A stretch of DNA of 63,678 nt, the filler included, from Octopus bimaculoides (taxonomy: Eukaryota): NCBI RefSeq assembly GCF_001194135.2. It is 5 parts of 5 records of this genome, joined end to end, with 100 filler letters (N's around TTAATTAATTAA, not from the genome) between each part and the next. Parts side by side here need not be neighbours in the genome. Positions count along the whole stretch, not along the records: positions 31,268 to 50,958 come from NC_069006.1; positions 51,059 to 60,407 come from NC_068992.1; 3 more parts are not named here. One strand, written 5' to 3'. The notes under the pieces are model-generated. The model did not search any database. It saw nothing but the letters and a program-made list of their open reading frames with translations, and had not been told where the DNA came from. Position 1 is the first letter of the stretch; each line of letters starts with the position of its first letter. This document shows, piece by piece, positions 38,504 to 51,301 of this stretch. Both the position numbers and the translations under genes were made by a program.

Positions 38504-39195
38504 ANNNNNNNNNNNNNNNNNNNNNNNNNNNNNNNNNNNNNNNNNNNNNNNNNNNNNNNNNNNNNNNNNNNNNNNNNNNNNNNNNNNNNNNNNNNNNNNN
38601 NNNNGAGAGACAGTGAGAAGGAGAAGTGGTGGTGGTGGTGGTGGTGGTGGTGGGTATGTTATCTGAGAGAGAAGCTAAGCCCTAAGATCGAGTAAGTTAA
38701 TGTAAGTTTGTCAGGTACAAGTAAACAGAGGGTCGTAATACTGTTGCTACCTGCTCCGACTTGTAGTTTTGACATTGACCACAAGCGGAACTGTATTGNN
38801 NNNNNNNNNNNNNNNNNNNNNNNNNNNNNNNNNNNNNNNNNNNNNNNNNNNNNNNNNNNNNNNNNNNNNNNNNNNNNNNNNNNNNNNNNNNNNNNNNNNN
38901 NNNNNNNNNNNNNNNNNNNNNNNNNNNNNNNNNNNNNNNNNNNNNNNNNNNNNNNNNNNNNNNNNNNNNNNNNNNNNNNNNNNNNNNNNNNNNNNNNNNN
39001 NNNNNNNNNNNNNNNNNNNNNNNNNNNNNNNNNNNNNNNNNNNNNNNNNNNNNNNNNNNNNNNNNNNNNNNNNNNNNNNNNNNNNNNNNNNNNNNNNNNN
39101 NNNNNNNNNNNNNNNNNNNNNNNNNNNNNNNNNNNNNNNNNNNNNNNNNNNNNNNNNNNNNNNNNNNNNNNNNNNNNNNNNNNNNNNNNNNNNNN

Positions 39196-39232
<37 letters not shown>

Positions 39233-39299
39233 TATGTATATATATTTATATATATATATATACACACACACATTCACATGTCTGTTTGTATGTATATAT

Positions 39300-39900
39300 A
39301 TCATCATCATCATCATCATCATCGCTTAATGTCCACCTTCCCTGCTAGTACGGGTGGGACAGTTTGACAAGAGTTGGCCAGGCAAAAGCCTGCACCAGAC
39401 CTCTGTGTCTGTTTTGATAGGATTTTTTACAGCTGGATGCCCTTCCTAACACCAACCACTCAGCAGGGTGGACTGAGTGCTTTTTACTTGGCACAAGCAC
39501 AGGTGAGGTCAGTTTCAGCAACGTTTTTACAGCTGGATGCTCTTCCGAACACCAACCACTTTACAGTGTGGACTGGAAGCTTTTACAGTGTGGGCTGGGT
39601 GCACCTGCACTGATGGGGTAACCAGGTACTTGCAAGACAAAAAAATCTCTTTTGAGAGGGGAGAGGGCATTGAAGGAGGTGATCTTGTGTCGGATGAGGA
39701 AAGGTTATAATGAGGCAGAGAGACATAAACAGGTGTCTTGCTGAAGAGGAGGTACAAGGTTACCCAACCTGGGAGAGAGAGAGAGAGAGAGGTCAGGAAT
39801 GAGGACAGCAACAGGTGTTCTGCTGCCGCAAAGGAAATACATGGTTACCCAATCTGAGGGAAGTGCAGGAGAAAGAGAGAGAAAGTGGGAGACAGCAGGA
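39300..39900 (-). mobile_element. RTE LINE 3' UTR/tail fragment with internal duplication
   Basis: (CAT)n-GCTTAATGTCC...ACAGCTGGATGCCCTTCCTAACACCAACCACT occurs twice; related copy at 54045-54470. Confidence 0.7.
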
Positions 39901-40303
39901 TGGAGATGGTGGCAAAATGTCGGGTATACTCACAAGGAACAGGGATCAGAATATAAATGAGATGGTTGAGTAAAGGAAGAGAGAGATATAGATGGTGGCA
40001 AGTGCCAGTGTATACCCTTGAGGTTCAAACCATATAATCTAAGTGACAGGATATTGCAAGGAAGTGTGATTAGTGAGTGCAGAGGTGGTGGGGGCGAAAA
40101 CCTGGGTATATATAGAGTCACTGGAGTGGGGGGGCTATTGGATAGCAATGATACAAAGGAACAGGGCCGTGAGAACAGGATTGGGGAGTGAGAGGTAGGC
40201 ATAGGGTATGAAGGAGGCAAAATGACAAAGAGAAGTGATGTGGAGATGTAGATTGGTTTGTTGGGGTAGGATGTGTGAAAAGTTTTCTTGTTAAGTGTGG
40301 GTG

Positions 40304-40660
40304 TGGAGGCGCAATTGCCCAGTGGTTAGGGCAGCGGACTCGAGGTTTCGATTCCCAGACCGGGCGTTGTGAGTGTTTATTGAGCCAAAACACCTAAAAG
40401 CTCCACGAGGCTCCGGCAGGGGATGGTGGCGAACCCTGCTGTATTCTTTCACCACAACTTTCTCTCACTCTTACTGTTGTGCCTGTAAATCAAAGGGTCA
40501 GCCTTGTCACACTGTGTCACACTGAATATCGCCGAGAACTACGTTAAGGGTACACGTGCCTGTGGAGTGCTCAGCCACTTGCACGTTAATTTCACGAGCA
40601 GGCTGTTCTGTTGATCGGATCAACTGGAACCCTCGACGTCGTAAGCGACGGAGTGCCAAC
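40304..40660 (+). mobile_element. SINE family C
   Basis: GGAGGCGCAATTGCCCAGTGGTTAGGGCAGCGGACTCG...GACGGAGTGCCAAC. Confidence 0.85.
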
Positions 40661-41010
40661 NNNNNNNNNNNNNNNNNNNNNNNNNNNNNNNNNNNNNNNN
40701 NNNNNNNNNNNNNNNNNNNNNNNNNNNNNNNNNNNNNNNNNNNNNNNNNNNNNNNNNNNNNNNNNNNNNNNNNNNNNNNNNNNNNNNNNNNNNNNNNNNN
40801 NNNNNNNNNNNNNNNNNNNNNNNNNNNNNNNNNNNNNNNNNNNNNNNNNNNNNNNNNNNNNNNNNNNNNNNNNNNNNNNNNNNNNNNNNNNNNNNNNNNN
40901 NTATATCATCATCATCATCATCATCATTTAACATCTGCTTTCCATGCTAGCATGAGTTGAACAGTTTGACTGAGGACTGGCAAGCCAGGAGGCTGCACCA
41001 GGCTCCAGTC

Positions 41011-41625
41011 TTACCAAAATTACATAAAAATATCTTCGAATACTAACGAGTAAATTTATTCAATAAAATCACCATTGGCTTCAACCACGGCCTCCAGATG
41101 ACTTCAGAATCTCCTGCAACTCTTCTGGATGCTCTCCTTGTTTAAGCTAATAAATGCTCGCATAATCCTAGCCTTCAGAAATTGTCTGACAGCCATGACT
41201 GGGTTCTCCTGCTTGTGTGGCAGAGTCCTGTTGCCAGACATAAGGTCTTCCAGCAGCCACTCCCTTGACCCAGGGCAGCACTACCTCCTTCAGGCACTTT
41301 ATGTAAGTCTCCGTATTGAGATGATGTTGACTGGATGTTTGATTTTTACTCTCGGTACATGTCCTCAGATTGCACTGTCCTCAGATTGACACCCAAACAC
41401 TCTGAAATGTTCGTATTGGAGATTCCAGTGTGAATGCCAAGCAGTACAGCATGTCATTTACAAATTTCTAGCAGAGCGGATTGCATCATGATGCTGTTTT
41501 TCTCACAGATGGTGCCCAACTGACCCTACTATAATGTAATGTGTAGTCGACAAAATCAAAAACAAACAATGCACATGCACAAAATTAAAAGTATAAAATG
41601 ATGACAATTTACCCATCACACCCTG
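41011..41625 (-). mobile_element. Internally deleted DD37D/maT-like transposon
   Basis: Terminal TA-CAGGGTGTGATGGGTAAATTG; HTH remnant NISECLGVNLRTVQ; LKEVVLPWVKGVAAGRPYVWQQDSA; C-terminus LEAVVEANGDFIE. Confidence 0.8.
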
Positions 41626-42306
41626 TATATTTAATAGGGCCCCTGCTGTTTGCATCCACCAAATTCTTTCACATTGCATTGATCAGATCAGTCTGCAAGT
41701 AGAGCAGAAGATCCTTAAACTCTCACCCAAGATGTCAAGCAGTGCAATTGAACCTGCAACCTTGTGCCTAGAAAGCTAACATTCTTAACCGCACAACCAC
41801 ACCACATTCAGAAAAATTAGATTTCATAGGTTAAAGTCATAAAGTTGTTTAATCTTTAGTTTGGATTAGTTCTAATCTTATTTAATGCCCACCATGGATT
41901 ATAAGTACTTGTTGGAGTTAAAAGAACTTGCAATGAAAACCAAAAAATAAACATTGAAAAGAAACTAAATGATTTGTGAAAAATTAATAAAAAATTTATC
42001 TATCGCTATATTATTTATCAAATATCGCTCATTTACTTTTAATTATATCCTATGATTTATCTCTAACGAGGGTATCTTGGAGATCAGTTACTGGACTACG
42101 AGTAAGTAATTCTGTAGAGCTTATGGACCATTATGTGAAGATTTTGGCCTTCTGCCAGATAGATTCACCAAGTGACACACGGGTACTCACATACTTGAAT
42201 GCAATTAAAATCAATTTACTTTTGTTGTAGGTAAATACAACATGATCTAATGAGAGAAGCTTTGAGGTCCTCGTGCAACCAACTAGAAACAGCAGCAAGA
42301 CTTAAC

Positions 42307-43126
42307 TTAACCCTTTGGCATTCAGATTATTCTATCAAACATAAAGCTTATTTATTCATTTGAATTAATCATGTATTATCTCATAGCTTTGAGATTTTAC
42401 TGATGTGGTTAGTTATTTTTAGAATGACATTGTAGGGTGGGTGTGAGAGTCCAGATCTGTCCTGTTTGAACATAAAACAGGTAGAATATTTGGACCCTGG
42501 ATATGACTGGGTTAAACACATGTTTCTGACATAACCATGAAGCTTAACATTTTTAAGGCAGAGATATAAAAGAATTTATGATATCCATGACTTTCCTACA
42601 TGGCATTAGCAAGATTTAGTGATGTGACATGTTGTCAAATGGCAATCAAACCAAAGTTGAAACCCTGATTCTTATTAAGCATCTGAAACCCTTTGGCATT
42701 CGGATTATTCTGTGTCAAATGTAAAGATTATTTATTCATGTTCTTTTGGATTAATCCTGTATTATCTCAAAGCTTTGAGAATTCAATGATGTGATTGATT
42801 ATTTTTTAGAATGACATTGTAGAGTAGGTGTGAGAGTTCAGATCCAGCCAGTTGGAACATAGAACAGGGAGAATATTTGGACCCTGGATATGGCTTAGGT
42901 TAAACGCATGTTTCTCACATAACCATGAAGCACAAGATTTTAACGACAGAGATATTAGAACTTATATCCATGTCTTTCCTACATGGCATTAGCAAGATTT
43001 TAGTGATGGGACATGTTGTCAAATGACAATCAGACCAAAGTTGAAACCCTAATCCTTATTAAATCACTTAACCCTTTGACATTCGGATTATCATTTGTCA
43101 AATGTAAAGATTATTTATTCATGTTA
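42307..43126 (+). repeat. ~380-bp tandem duplication (2.2 copies) of a truncated piggyBac-type MITE plus flank
   Basis: CCCTTTG(G/A)CATTC starts at 42311, 42689 and 43072. Confidence 0.85.
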
Positions 43127-43714
43127 AATAGTGAACAAGTACGGGACGCTGTACATTTCAAAAAACCGTTGGACTTATGAAAGTAAATAAAAAAAACCAA
43201 GAACGAAGAAAAAAACGCTAGATATTGAAAATATTAAAAATATTCTTTTTTACACAAGTTAATGGTCAAATAGAAGTAAATCTAATAAATAATGCTTATG
43301 TATAATATAATATAATCTCACCAACTATACATAATCTAAACAAGACATTATATTAAATTTAACTTCATAGGATTACATCATAACTTAACATCACTTCTCA
43401 TTTACTCTGCTTTCTAACGGTTTCAAGACCGACATGCTATACAGTTTCAATACGTATCATGTCTTTTCAACTTGTTTATATACATGTGATACTGGGACAA
43501 CTAGGAATGTTGTCTGTTTTTACTGTCTGCTATGAATTAATCTGACCCTGAAGAGATACAATATTTCATATTTTATAATATGCATGAGTTGGTCTGGATA
43601 TTGCATCGAAATGATCATAGGTCATAATAAAGTCTTTACAATGGATCTTCTTTTAGCTCTTATTTAAATTGATTGATATATATAAATATATATATATATA
43701 AATATATATATATA

Positions 43715-43870
43715 TATGACAGGCTTCTTTCAGTTTCTGTCTACCAAATCCACTCACAAAGCTTTGGTCGGCCAAGGCTATAGTAGAAGACATTTGACCA
43801 AGGTGCCACGCAGTGGGACTGAATCCAGAACCATGTGGTTGGGAAGCAAGCTACTTACCACACAGCCACT
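43715..43870 (-). mobile_element. SINE family B 5' half
   Basis: Reverse complement of GTGGCTGTGTGGTAAGTAGCTTGCTTCCCAACCACATGG...GGTAGACAGAAACTG. Confidence 0.8.
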
Positions 43871-44030
43871 ATATATATATTCTCATCATCATTTAACGTC
43901 TATTTTTCATGCTGGCATGGGTTAGACAATTTGACAGGATTTCAGGAACCAGAGATGCATCAGGCCCCAAAATTTGTGTGTGTATATACAGATAGGTACT
44001 TATTATTCTTTAACAAGAATAGTGTTGGCA

Positions 44031-44160
44031 GTGACTTTGAAGTTTTGGTCAGCTAAGCCAAGCCATCATCAAACAATCTGTTGATGGCTTAGCTGACCGA
44101 AAGCCATCAACAGATTGTTTGATGATGGCTTGGCTTAGCTGACCAAAACTTCAAAGTCAC
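44031..44160. repeat. Perfect 60-bp inverted repeat with 10-nt spacer
   Basis: 44031-44090 is the exact reverse complement of 44101-44160. Confidence 0.97.
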
Positions 44161-44773
44161 GTCTCAATAAACTACTTATTAAAGAATAATAAATTCATAC
44201 TCTACCAAAAGTATTGAGTACATTCTCCAATTTAATGTAAAATTATTTTTATTATAACGTTAAGACAAACATTAAGATGGCTGGATGGATCGATCGATGG
44301 ATTGCTAGGTAGACAGAAAGATAGATAGATAGATGGATGGATGGATGGATGGATGGATGGATGGACGGATGGACGGATGGACAGATGGACAGGCGGACGG
44401 ACAGATGGACAGACAGACGGATGGACAGACGGATGGACAGATGAACGGACGGATTGCTAGGTAGACAGAAGGATAAATGGATGGATGGATGGATGGATGG
44501 ATGGATTGCTGGGTAGACTGAAAGATAGATAGATGGATGGATGGATACATACATACACACATACATACATAAATACATACATATATACATATGTACGTGT
44601 GTATGTGTTTGCATTGACGCACAAACTCTTTGCAATACAAACACACACACACACACACAGAGTCACACGTGCATGGACAATGCATCATGTTTATAGGTAT
44701 GTTCACAGGTTTAGACAAGTTTATCAATACTGTCTGTGAATATCAATCCAATGTAGACATAGGTACTTGTGTC

Positions 44774-44811
<38 letters not shown>

Positions 44812-45335
44812 GTAAAGGACCTGTATCTCTGTTCTACTGTTGTGTGTGTGTGTGTGTGTGTGTGAGCTTGAATACAAGTATGTACCTGTAAGTACATAAG
44901 TATTTGTAAAAGAACCAAAGTGCTTATTGGGCACTTAGGCATCAGCATCGAACCTCACTCTGCCCTCCAAACACACACATATAAATGCAGACACACACAT
45001 ATATGTACATAAATGTGTGTGTGTGTATGTATGCATGTGTGTGTGTATATATATGTATATATGTATATATATATATATNNNNNNNNNNNNNNNNNNNNNN
45101 NNNNNNNNNNNNNNNNNNNNNNNNNNNNNNNNNNNNNNNNNNNNNNNNNNNNNNNNNNNNNNNNNNNNNNNNNNNNNNNNNNNNNNNNNNNNNNNNNNNN
45201 NNNNNNNNNNNNNNNNNNNNNNNNNNNNNNNNNNNNNNNNNNNNNNNNNNNNNNNNNNNNNNNNNNNNNNNNNNNNNNNNNNNNNNNNNNNNNNNNNNNN
45301 NNNNNNNNNNNNNNNNNNNNNNNNNNNNNNNNNNN

Positions 45336-45372
<37 letters not shown>

Positions 45373-45449
45373 TTATATGTATGAGGATATATATCCACAC
45401 ACACACACACACACATGCAAATACACATGTATACACACAACACATATTG

Positions 45450-45700
45450 ACAAAGTTAGTTGAATCAGTAGCAAGTTTCAACTGGAGATCAGCCTGCAAT
45501 GAAACCAAGATCATGTCAACCTCCAGAGAATGAGGGCAGCTTAGCATTTGATGCTGAAGAGTTACACAAGGTCAACACAAAGCCAGGTCGACAAGTTCGA
45601 GTACTTGGGTTATACTGTTGACCAAACAGCAGACGGCTGCCTAGAAATCAGAATGAAACTCGGTGCAACAAACTCTGCAATGAGGTTGCCACTAAATACA
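45450..45700 (+). mobile_element. RTE-like reverse transcriptase fragment
   Basis: NETKIMST ... VDKFEYLGYTVDQTADGCLEIRMKLGATNSAM. Confidence 0.6.
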
Positions 45701-46039
45701 AAATAGAGAGGCTGCACCGTCGGGGGGAAAAAAGCATTAAACTGGAGGTTTTAAAAACTCCGACTGGGCCACAAATGTTTCATGAAGGGCTGTCTTAACA
45801 ATGTTATAGGCCCCCTTAGCAAATGAATGCAATGGATCCTATAGCATTTTTGGCTATTGATAGCAAGAGGTGTGGTGGTGGTGGTGTCTGAGCCCCTAAT
45901 CTTCATCCATGAGGTCGGGGTGGGGGGGAATTTTACTTATTCATCACCATCATCATCATTTAACATCAGTGCTGGCATGGGTTGGAAGGTTTGACAGAGC
46001 TGGTAAGGTCAGGGTCTGCACCAGGCTTCATATATATAC

Positions 46040-47440
46040 AAGTCACAATATACATAGATTAGAATTGGACCTTTAGACATGTGAGGCCCCTAGCAAATCA
46101 ATGCATTGGATCTTATAGGATTTACTTATTGTAACCCAGCCAAAATGCGCATAGATCAGAACTGGGTCCCAAGACAATTGAGACCCCTGGGCAAATCAAT
46201 GTACTAGGCCCTATAGAATTTAGTTATTGACACTGAGATACAATGTACATAGATTAGAACTAGGCCCTTAGACATGTGAGGCCTCTAGCCAATCAATGCA
46301 TTAGACTCTACAGGATTGACTAATTGACAGCAAGTCACAGTATACATAGCTCAGGATTGGGCCCCTAGTCTATGGAGGTCCCTGTGCAAATTAATGCACT
46401 GGGCCTTATAGTATTTGTAGGAAATTCTTTCCTGTATTCTTAGGATTCAAAACCTAATCAAGATTTTTCTTTGAGTCCCTTCCTATAGTTCTTGGCATTA
46501 ACACTTAGAAGTCAACATGAGAGTCAACAGTTAACTTGTGACTATTTCAGGTCAGACATAGTTCAAAGCAGATAACATTAAAAAATCCTTTGTCCAGCGT
46601 GACCTAATTTAGTTCGGAAACAAATATAGATACAGAACCCAGATTCAGTTCTTTCTCCTTTGCATGGCTCCTGCCCAAAGGAGCACCTCAGTAATGACTT
46701 GTCACAGAGGGACTATACAATGTTTACTCTCTCTATTTGTCAACCTAGAGATGTGAATTCCCTTACTCTTTCTCTCTCCTTTTCTCAGCCATCTTCTAGC
46801 AGTCTCTCACAGATGAACTTAGCTATCTACAAAGAGGATAACAGAACTTCATCTGATCCTTGTACAACAACTCCAAGAAGTTGCTTCCTATATAATAACA
46901 GTAAAATAAATTCCATTTCAATTTATGTTTCCCTTTCGTTCATTTTGTTCTTGAGCAAAACATTTCACTTCATGCTGCTCCAGTTAACTCAGCTGCAAAT
47001 GGATCACGCTGCAATGGAATAGTCTCTTGATCAGGGGGAATATTGGTCTGCTTGCCTAACTGGTGGGATGGCATCATTCAAAGGCTAAAACAATACAAAG
47101 CGCATTGTGACCAGTGATGTATAACAATGTAAGATAGTCTGACCAATACCATGATATTGTGACAATCATTATTTATTTATTGAGAGAAAACCACAACATA
47201 CATAGGATCAGAATTGATCCCTTAGAATTGAGAGGCCCCTGAACATATTATGCTCTGGGCCCTAGAGTATTTGCTTATTGGCAAGTGACAGTATGCAGGA
47301 ATCAGAATTGGGCCTTTAGACCTATGAGGTCCCTGGGCAAATCAATGGATCTGATCTTATAGTATTTATTTACTGACAACAGACCACAACATACATGGAT
47401 CACAATTGGGTCCCTAGACCCATGAGACCCTATGAGGAAC
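46040..47440 (+). repeat. Old ~97-bp minisatellite in two blocks (46040-46425 and 47195-47440)
   Basis: CATAG(A/C)T(T/C)AG(A/G)A...GAG(G/A)(C/T)C(C/T)CT(A/G)G...CAAATCAATG recurs at about 97-bp spacing. Confidence 0.75.
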
Positions 47441-48242
47441 TGCCCAGAAAGCCCAAGCCCCAAAATGGCACTGGTTGTATGTGTGTAAAGTATAGACTCA
47501 CTAAGGGTTGCTGAGATCAAGCAACAGAGAGTGTTTGAGGTGATGTGCTACAGGCTAGCACTGTGGACCAGATAGAGGGTCATGTAGCGATAAGGGATTC
47601 AGTCCTAAAAGTGCTCGGGATTGGAATGAAAGTTGTTGATAATGGTCAATATTTTGGCCATTATATTGGGGTCAAGAACTGCTATACCCACAACCTTAGA
47701 GGTTGGGTGAATGGAAAACTAGCTTATGAGTGACAAAAACATGGATGAATGGTGATATGAAGAACTAAGTGGGGATGGTCATAGTAGGGTGTATTGGCTG
47801 CAGCAGGAGACTGAAGTGTGAAGTAAAGGAGTGGTGATGGTGGTGGTGGTGGTTGTGTCTGAGGCCCTAATCTTCACCCGTGAGGTCGGTGGGGATTTTT
47901 TTACTCATTCATCACCATCATCATCATTTAACATCAGTTAAATGTTTGCCAGAGCTGGTAAGGTCAGGGTCTGCACCAGGCTTCATATATATTGAGAGAG
48001 CACATGTGTTTGAAAAGGTTAAATGAAAGCGCTCACACACGAGAAAATAAAAACCTGGTAAAAAAATTTCAAAACATTTTTTAAAAATGACCTTTACACT
48101 TCAAAACTGTATTAAGTAATTCTCATAGACTTTCAAATATATGTGTGTGTGTGTGTAATATATAATAGAAATTATTATTATTATTATTATCATCATTATT
48201 GTTAAGGCGATGAGTTCGCAGAATTGTTAACACACTGGATGA

Positions 48243-48460
48243 AATTCGAAATGCAGAGTAGATAAAACAGGGGACAACTGATGAAGGGAGTGTTCTTTAT
48301 GTTGCCTGTCTTGTTTCTATATTTGTTTCTTTCGTTGTTTGAAAAAAAGGTCATTTTCTATGTTTTTGTTTTTTATGTTTTCGTTTTTCATTTTGTTCAC
48401 GTTTTTTTTTATGTCCTGTACCCATATATGCATGTATATATACATATATATGTAGGTATG
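48243..48460 (+). mobile_element. 5'-truncated copy of the permuted-hammerhead repeat (subfamily 1)
   Basis: CGAAATGCagagtagataaaacagGGGACAACTGATGAAGGG followed by the same downstream body as the 12.6 kb copy. Confidence 0.75.
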
Positions 48461-48493
48461 TGCATATATGTATGTATATATGCATATATTTAT

Positions 48494-48496
<3 letters not shown>

Positions 48497-48528
<32 letters not shown>

Positions 48529-49612
48529 TTAATGTCTGCTTTCCATGCTAGCATGGGTTGGACGATTTGACTGAGGNNNNNNNNNNNNNNNNNNNNNNNN
48601 NNNNNNNNNNNNNNNNNNNNNNNNNNNNNNNNNNNNNNNNNNNNNNNNNNNNNNNNNNNNNNNNNNNNNNNNNNNNNNNNNNNNNNNNNNNNNNNNNNNN
48701 NNNNNNNNNNNNNNNNNNNNNNNNNNNNNNNNNNNNNNNNNNNNNNNNNNNNNNNNNNNNNNNNNNNNNNNNNNNNNNNNNNNNNNNNNNNNNNNNNNNN
48801 NNNNNNNNNNNNNNNNNNNNNNNNNNNNNNNNNNNNNNNNNNNNNNNNNNNNNNNNNNNNNNNNNNNNNNNNNNNNNNNNNNNNNNNNNNNNNNNNNNNN
48901 NNNNNNNNNNNNNNNNNNNNNNNNNNNNNNNNNNNNNNNNNNNNNNNNNNNNNNNNNNNNNNNNNNNNNNNNNNNNNNNNNNNNNNNNNNNNNNNNNNNN
49001 NNNNNNNNNNNNNNNNNNNNNNNNNNNNNNNNNNNNNNNNNNNNNNNNNNNNNNNNNNNNNNNNNNNNNNNNNNNNNNNNNNNNNNNNNNNNNNNNNNNN
49101 NNNNNNNNNNNNNNNNNNNNNNNNNNNNNNNNNNNNNNNNNNNNNNNNNNNNNNNNNNNNNNNNNNNNNNNNNNNNNNNNNNNNNNNNNNNNNNNNNNNN
49201 NNNNNNNNNNNNNNNNNNNNNNNNNNNNNNNNNNNNNNNNNNNNNNNNNNNNNNNNNNNNNNNNNNNNNNNNNNNNNNNNTTTCACTTGCCTCAACAGGT
49301 CTACGCAAACGGAGTTTAGTGTCCAATGATGGAGAGGTTGGCATGGGTGCCAGTCGTCGAATTTGGTTCAATTTCGATTTCACTTGCCTCAACAGGTCTA
49401 CGCAAGCGGAGTTTAGTGTCCAATGAAAGAAACGTACACATAAGTGGACTGGCTACACCCCTGGCAGAGGCCATGGATTATGGTCTCACTTGGCTTGCCG
49501 GGTCTTCTCATGCACAGCATTTTTCCAAAGGTCTCAGTCACAAGTCATTGCCTCGGTGAGACCTAATGTTCGAAGGTCGTGCTTCACCACCTCATCCCAG
49601 GTCTTTCTGGGT
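48497..49612 (-). mobile_element. 5'-truncated RTE LINE: ORF end, 3' UTR and (GAT)n tail, spanning a gap
   Basis: Minus strand PRKTWDEVVKHDLRTLGLTEAMT.DRDLWKNAVHEKTRQAK*; tail at 48497-48576. Confidence 0.8.
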
Positions 49613-50274
49613 CTATATTCATTCATATATATGCATATACATATATATTATACTACACATCATAGCAAAGAGATGACACAATATCGGTAAAGAAATTTGA
49701 GAAATTTGAAAAGAAAATAAGAAACCAGTTATTTCTCCAAAAACAATGTTACTATACACAAAATTTTATAACATTCTTCTAACATAACGGTTTAAATATA
49801 TTCTTTAACCATATAACACAAGCCTTCTGTAGTTTTTTCTCTCTATTTTGTCTTTTATACATCCAACCACGTGCTTTCACATACCAACTTTCTCACCTAT
49901 ATATATATATATGTATGTATATATAGGTAATATTTTATATTCGGTTATACACCTTGTAGTATGCTGTTTAAAACTTGTTGACTGCATATAAAGAGACTTA
50001 TAATTTCTATTTTCTTTCTCACACACACACACACACACGCACACGCATGAACACACACGCACACACACACACACTCCTATGTTCCACTGAATGTATCTTA
50101 TGAGACACTACACACAAGACGTGCACTATTAGTCCTGGCAACATTGTTACACTTACAGACCTGTTTGGCTTTAAACAGGAACTAATCCATACCCTGCCAC
50201 AAAGTTCCTGTTTGTTTTGTCTTTTTTCATTTCAGCTTCATTTAACAATAGAACCTGGTATACGCTGTGTATAC

Positions 50275-50332
<58 letters not shown>

Positions 50333-50656
50333 ATGCATATACATATATNNNNNNNNNNNNNNNNNNNNNNNNNNNNNNNNNNNNNNNNNNNNNNNNNNNN
50401 NNNNNNNNNNNNNNNNNNNNNNNNNNNNNNNNNNNNNNNNNNNNNNNNNNNNNNNNNNNNNNNNNNNNNNNNNNNNNNNNNNNNNNNNNNNNNNNNNNNN
50501 NNNNNNNNNNNNNNNNNNNNNNNNNNNNNNNNNNNNNNNNNNNNNNNNNNNNNNNNNNNNNNNNNNNNNNNNNNNNNNNNNNNNNNNNNNNNNNNNNNNN
50601 NNNNNNNNNNNNNNNNNNNNNNNNNNNNNNNNNNNNNNNNNNNNNNNNNNNNNNNN

Positions 50657-50958
50657 TGTCCAATGAAGGAGAGATTGGCATGGATGCCAGTCGTCGAATT
50701 TGGTTCAATTTCGATTTCACTTGCCCCAACAGGTCTTCGCAAGCTGAGTTTAGTGTCCAATGAAGGAGAGATTGGCATGGATGCCAGTCGTCGAATTTGG
50801 TTCAATTTCGATTTCACTTGCCTCAACAGGTCTACGCAAACGGAGTTTAGTGTCCAATGATGGAAAGGTTGGCATGGGTGCCAGTCGTCGAATTTGGTTC
50901 AATTTCGATTTCACTTGCCTCAACAGGTCTACGCAAACGGAGTTTAGTGTCCAATGAT
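50657..50958 (-). repeat. 97-bp tandem array from the RTE 3' UTR
   Basis: TGTCCAATGA starts at 50657, 50754, 50851 and 50948; the same unit occurs at 49281-49430. Confidence 0.9.
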
Positions 50959-51058
50959 NNNNNNNNNNNNNNNNNNNNNNNNNNNNNNNNNNNNNNNNNN
51001 NNTTAATTAATTAANNNNNNNNNNNNNNNNNNNNNNNNNNNNNNNNNNNNNNNNNNNN
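50959..51058. other. Assembly spacer N44-TTAATTAATTAA-N44
   Basis: Identical 100-bp spacer. Confidence 0.95.
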
Positions 51059-51270
51059 ATATATATATATATAGCTCTTATTTCTAGCAGGTAGATGCTT
51101 GTTAAGCATCATTACGCTTTGTGCAAATTTATAATTCATAACTATTTAATGCTATTGCACCTGCGGTCCACCTATGTCACTGCTGGTGATATCAGCAATT
51201 TTAAAATTTATCCACAGATGATATGAACAGTAGTAACATCTGATTTCAAATCTCAGTGTTTGAATGTTTC

Positions 51271-51301
<31 letters not shown>

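Noticed and set aside
50657-50958. CRISPR-like array
   Set aside because: Whole 97-bp units repeat with no unique spacers; eukaryotic LINE UTR origin and no cas genes.
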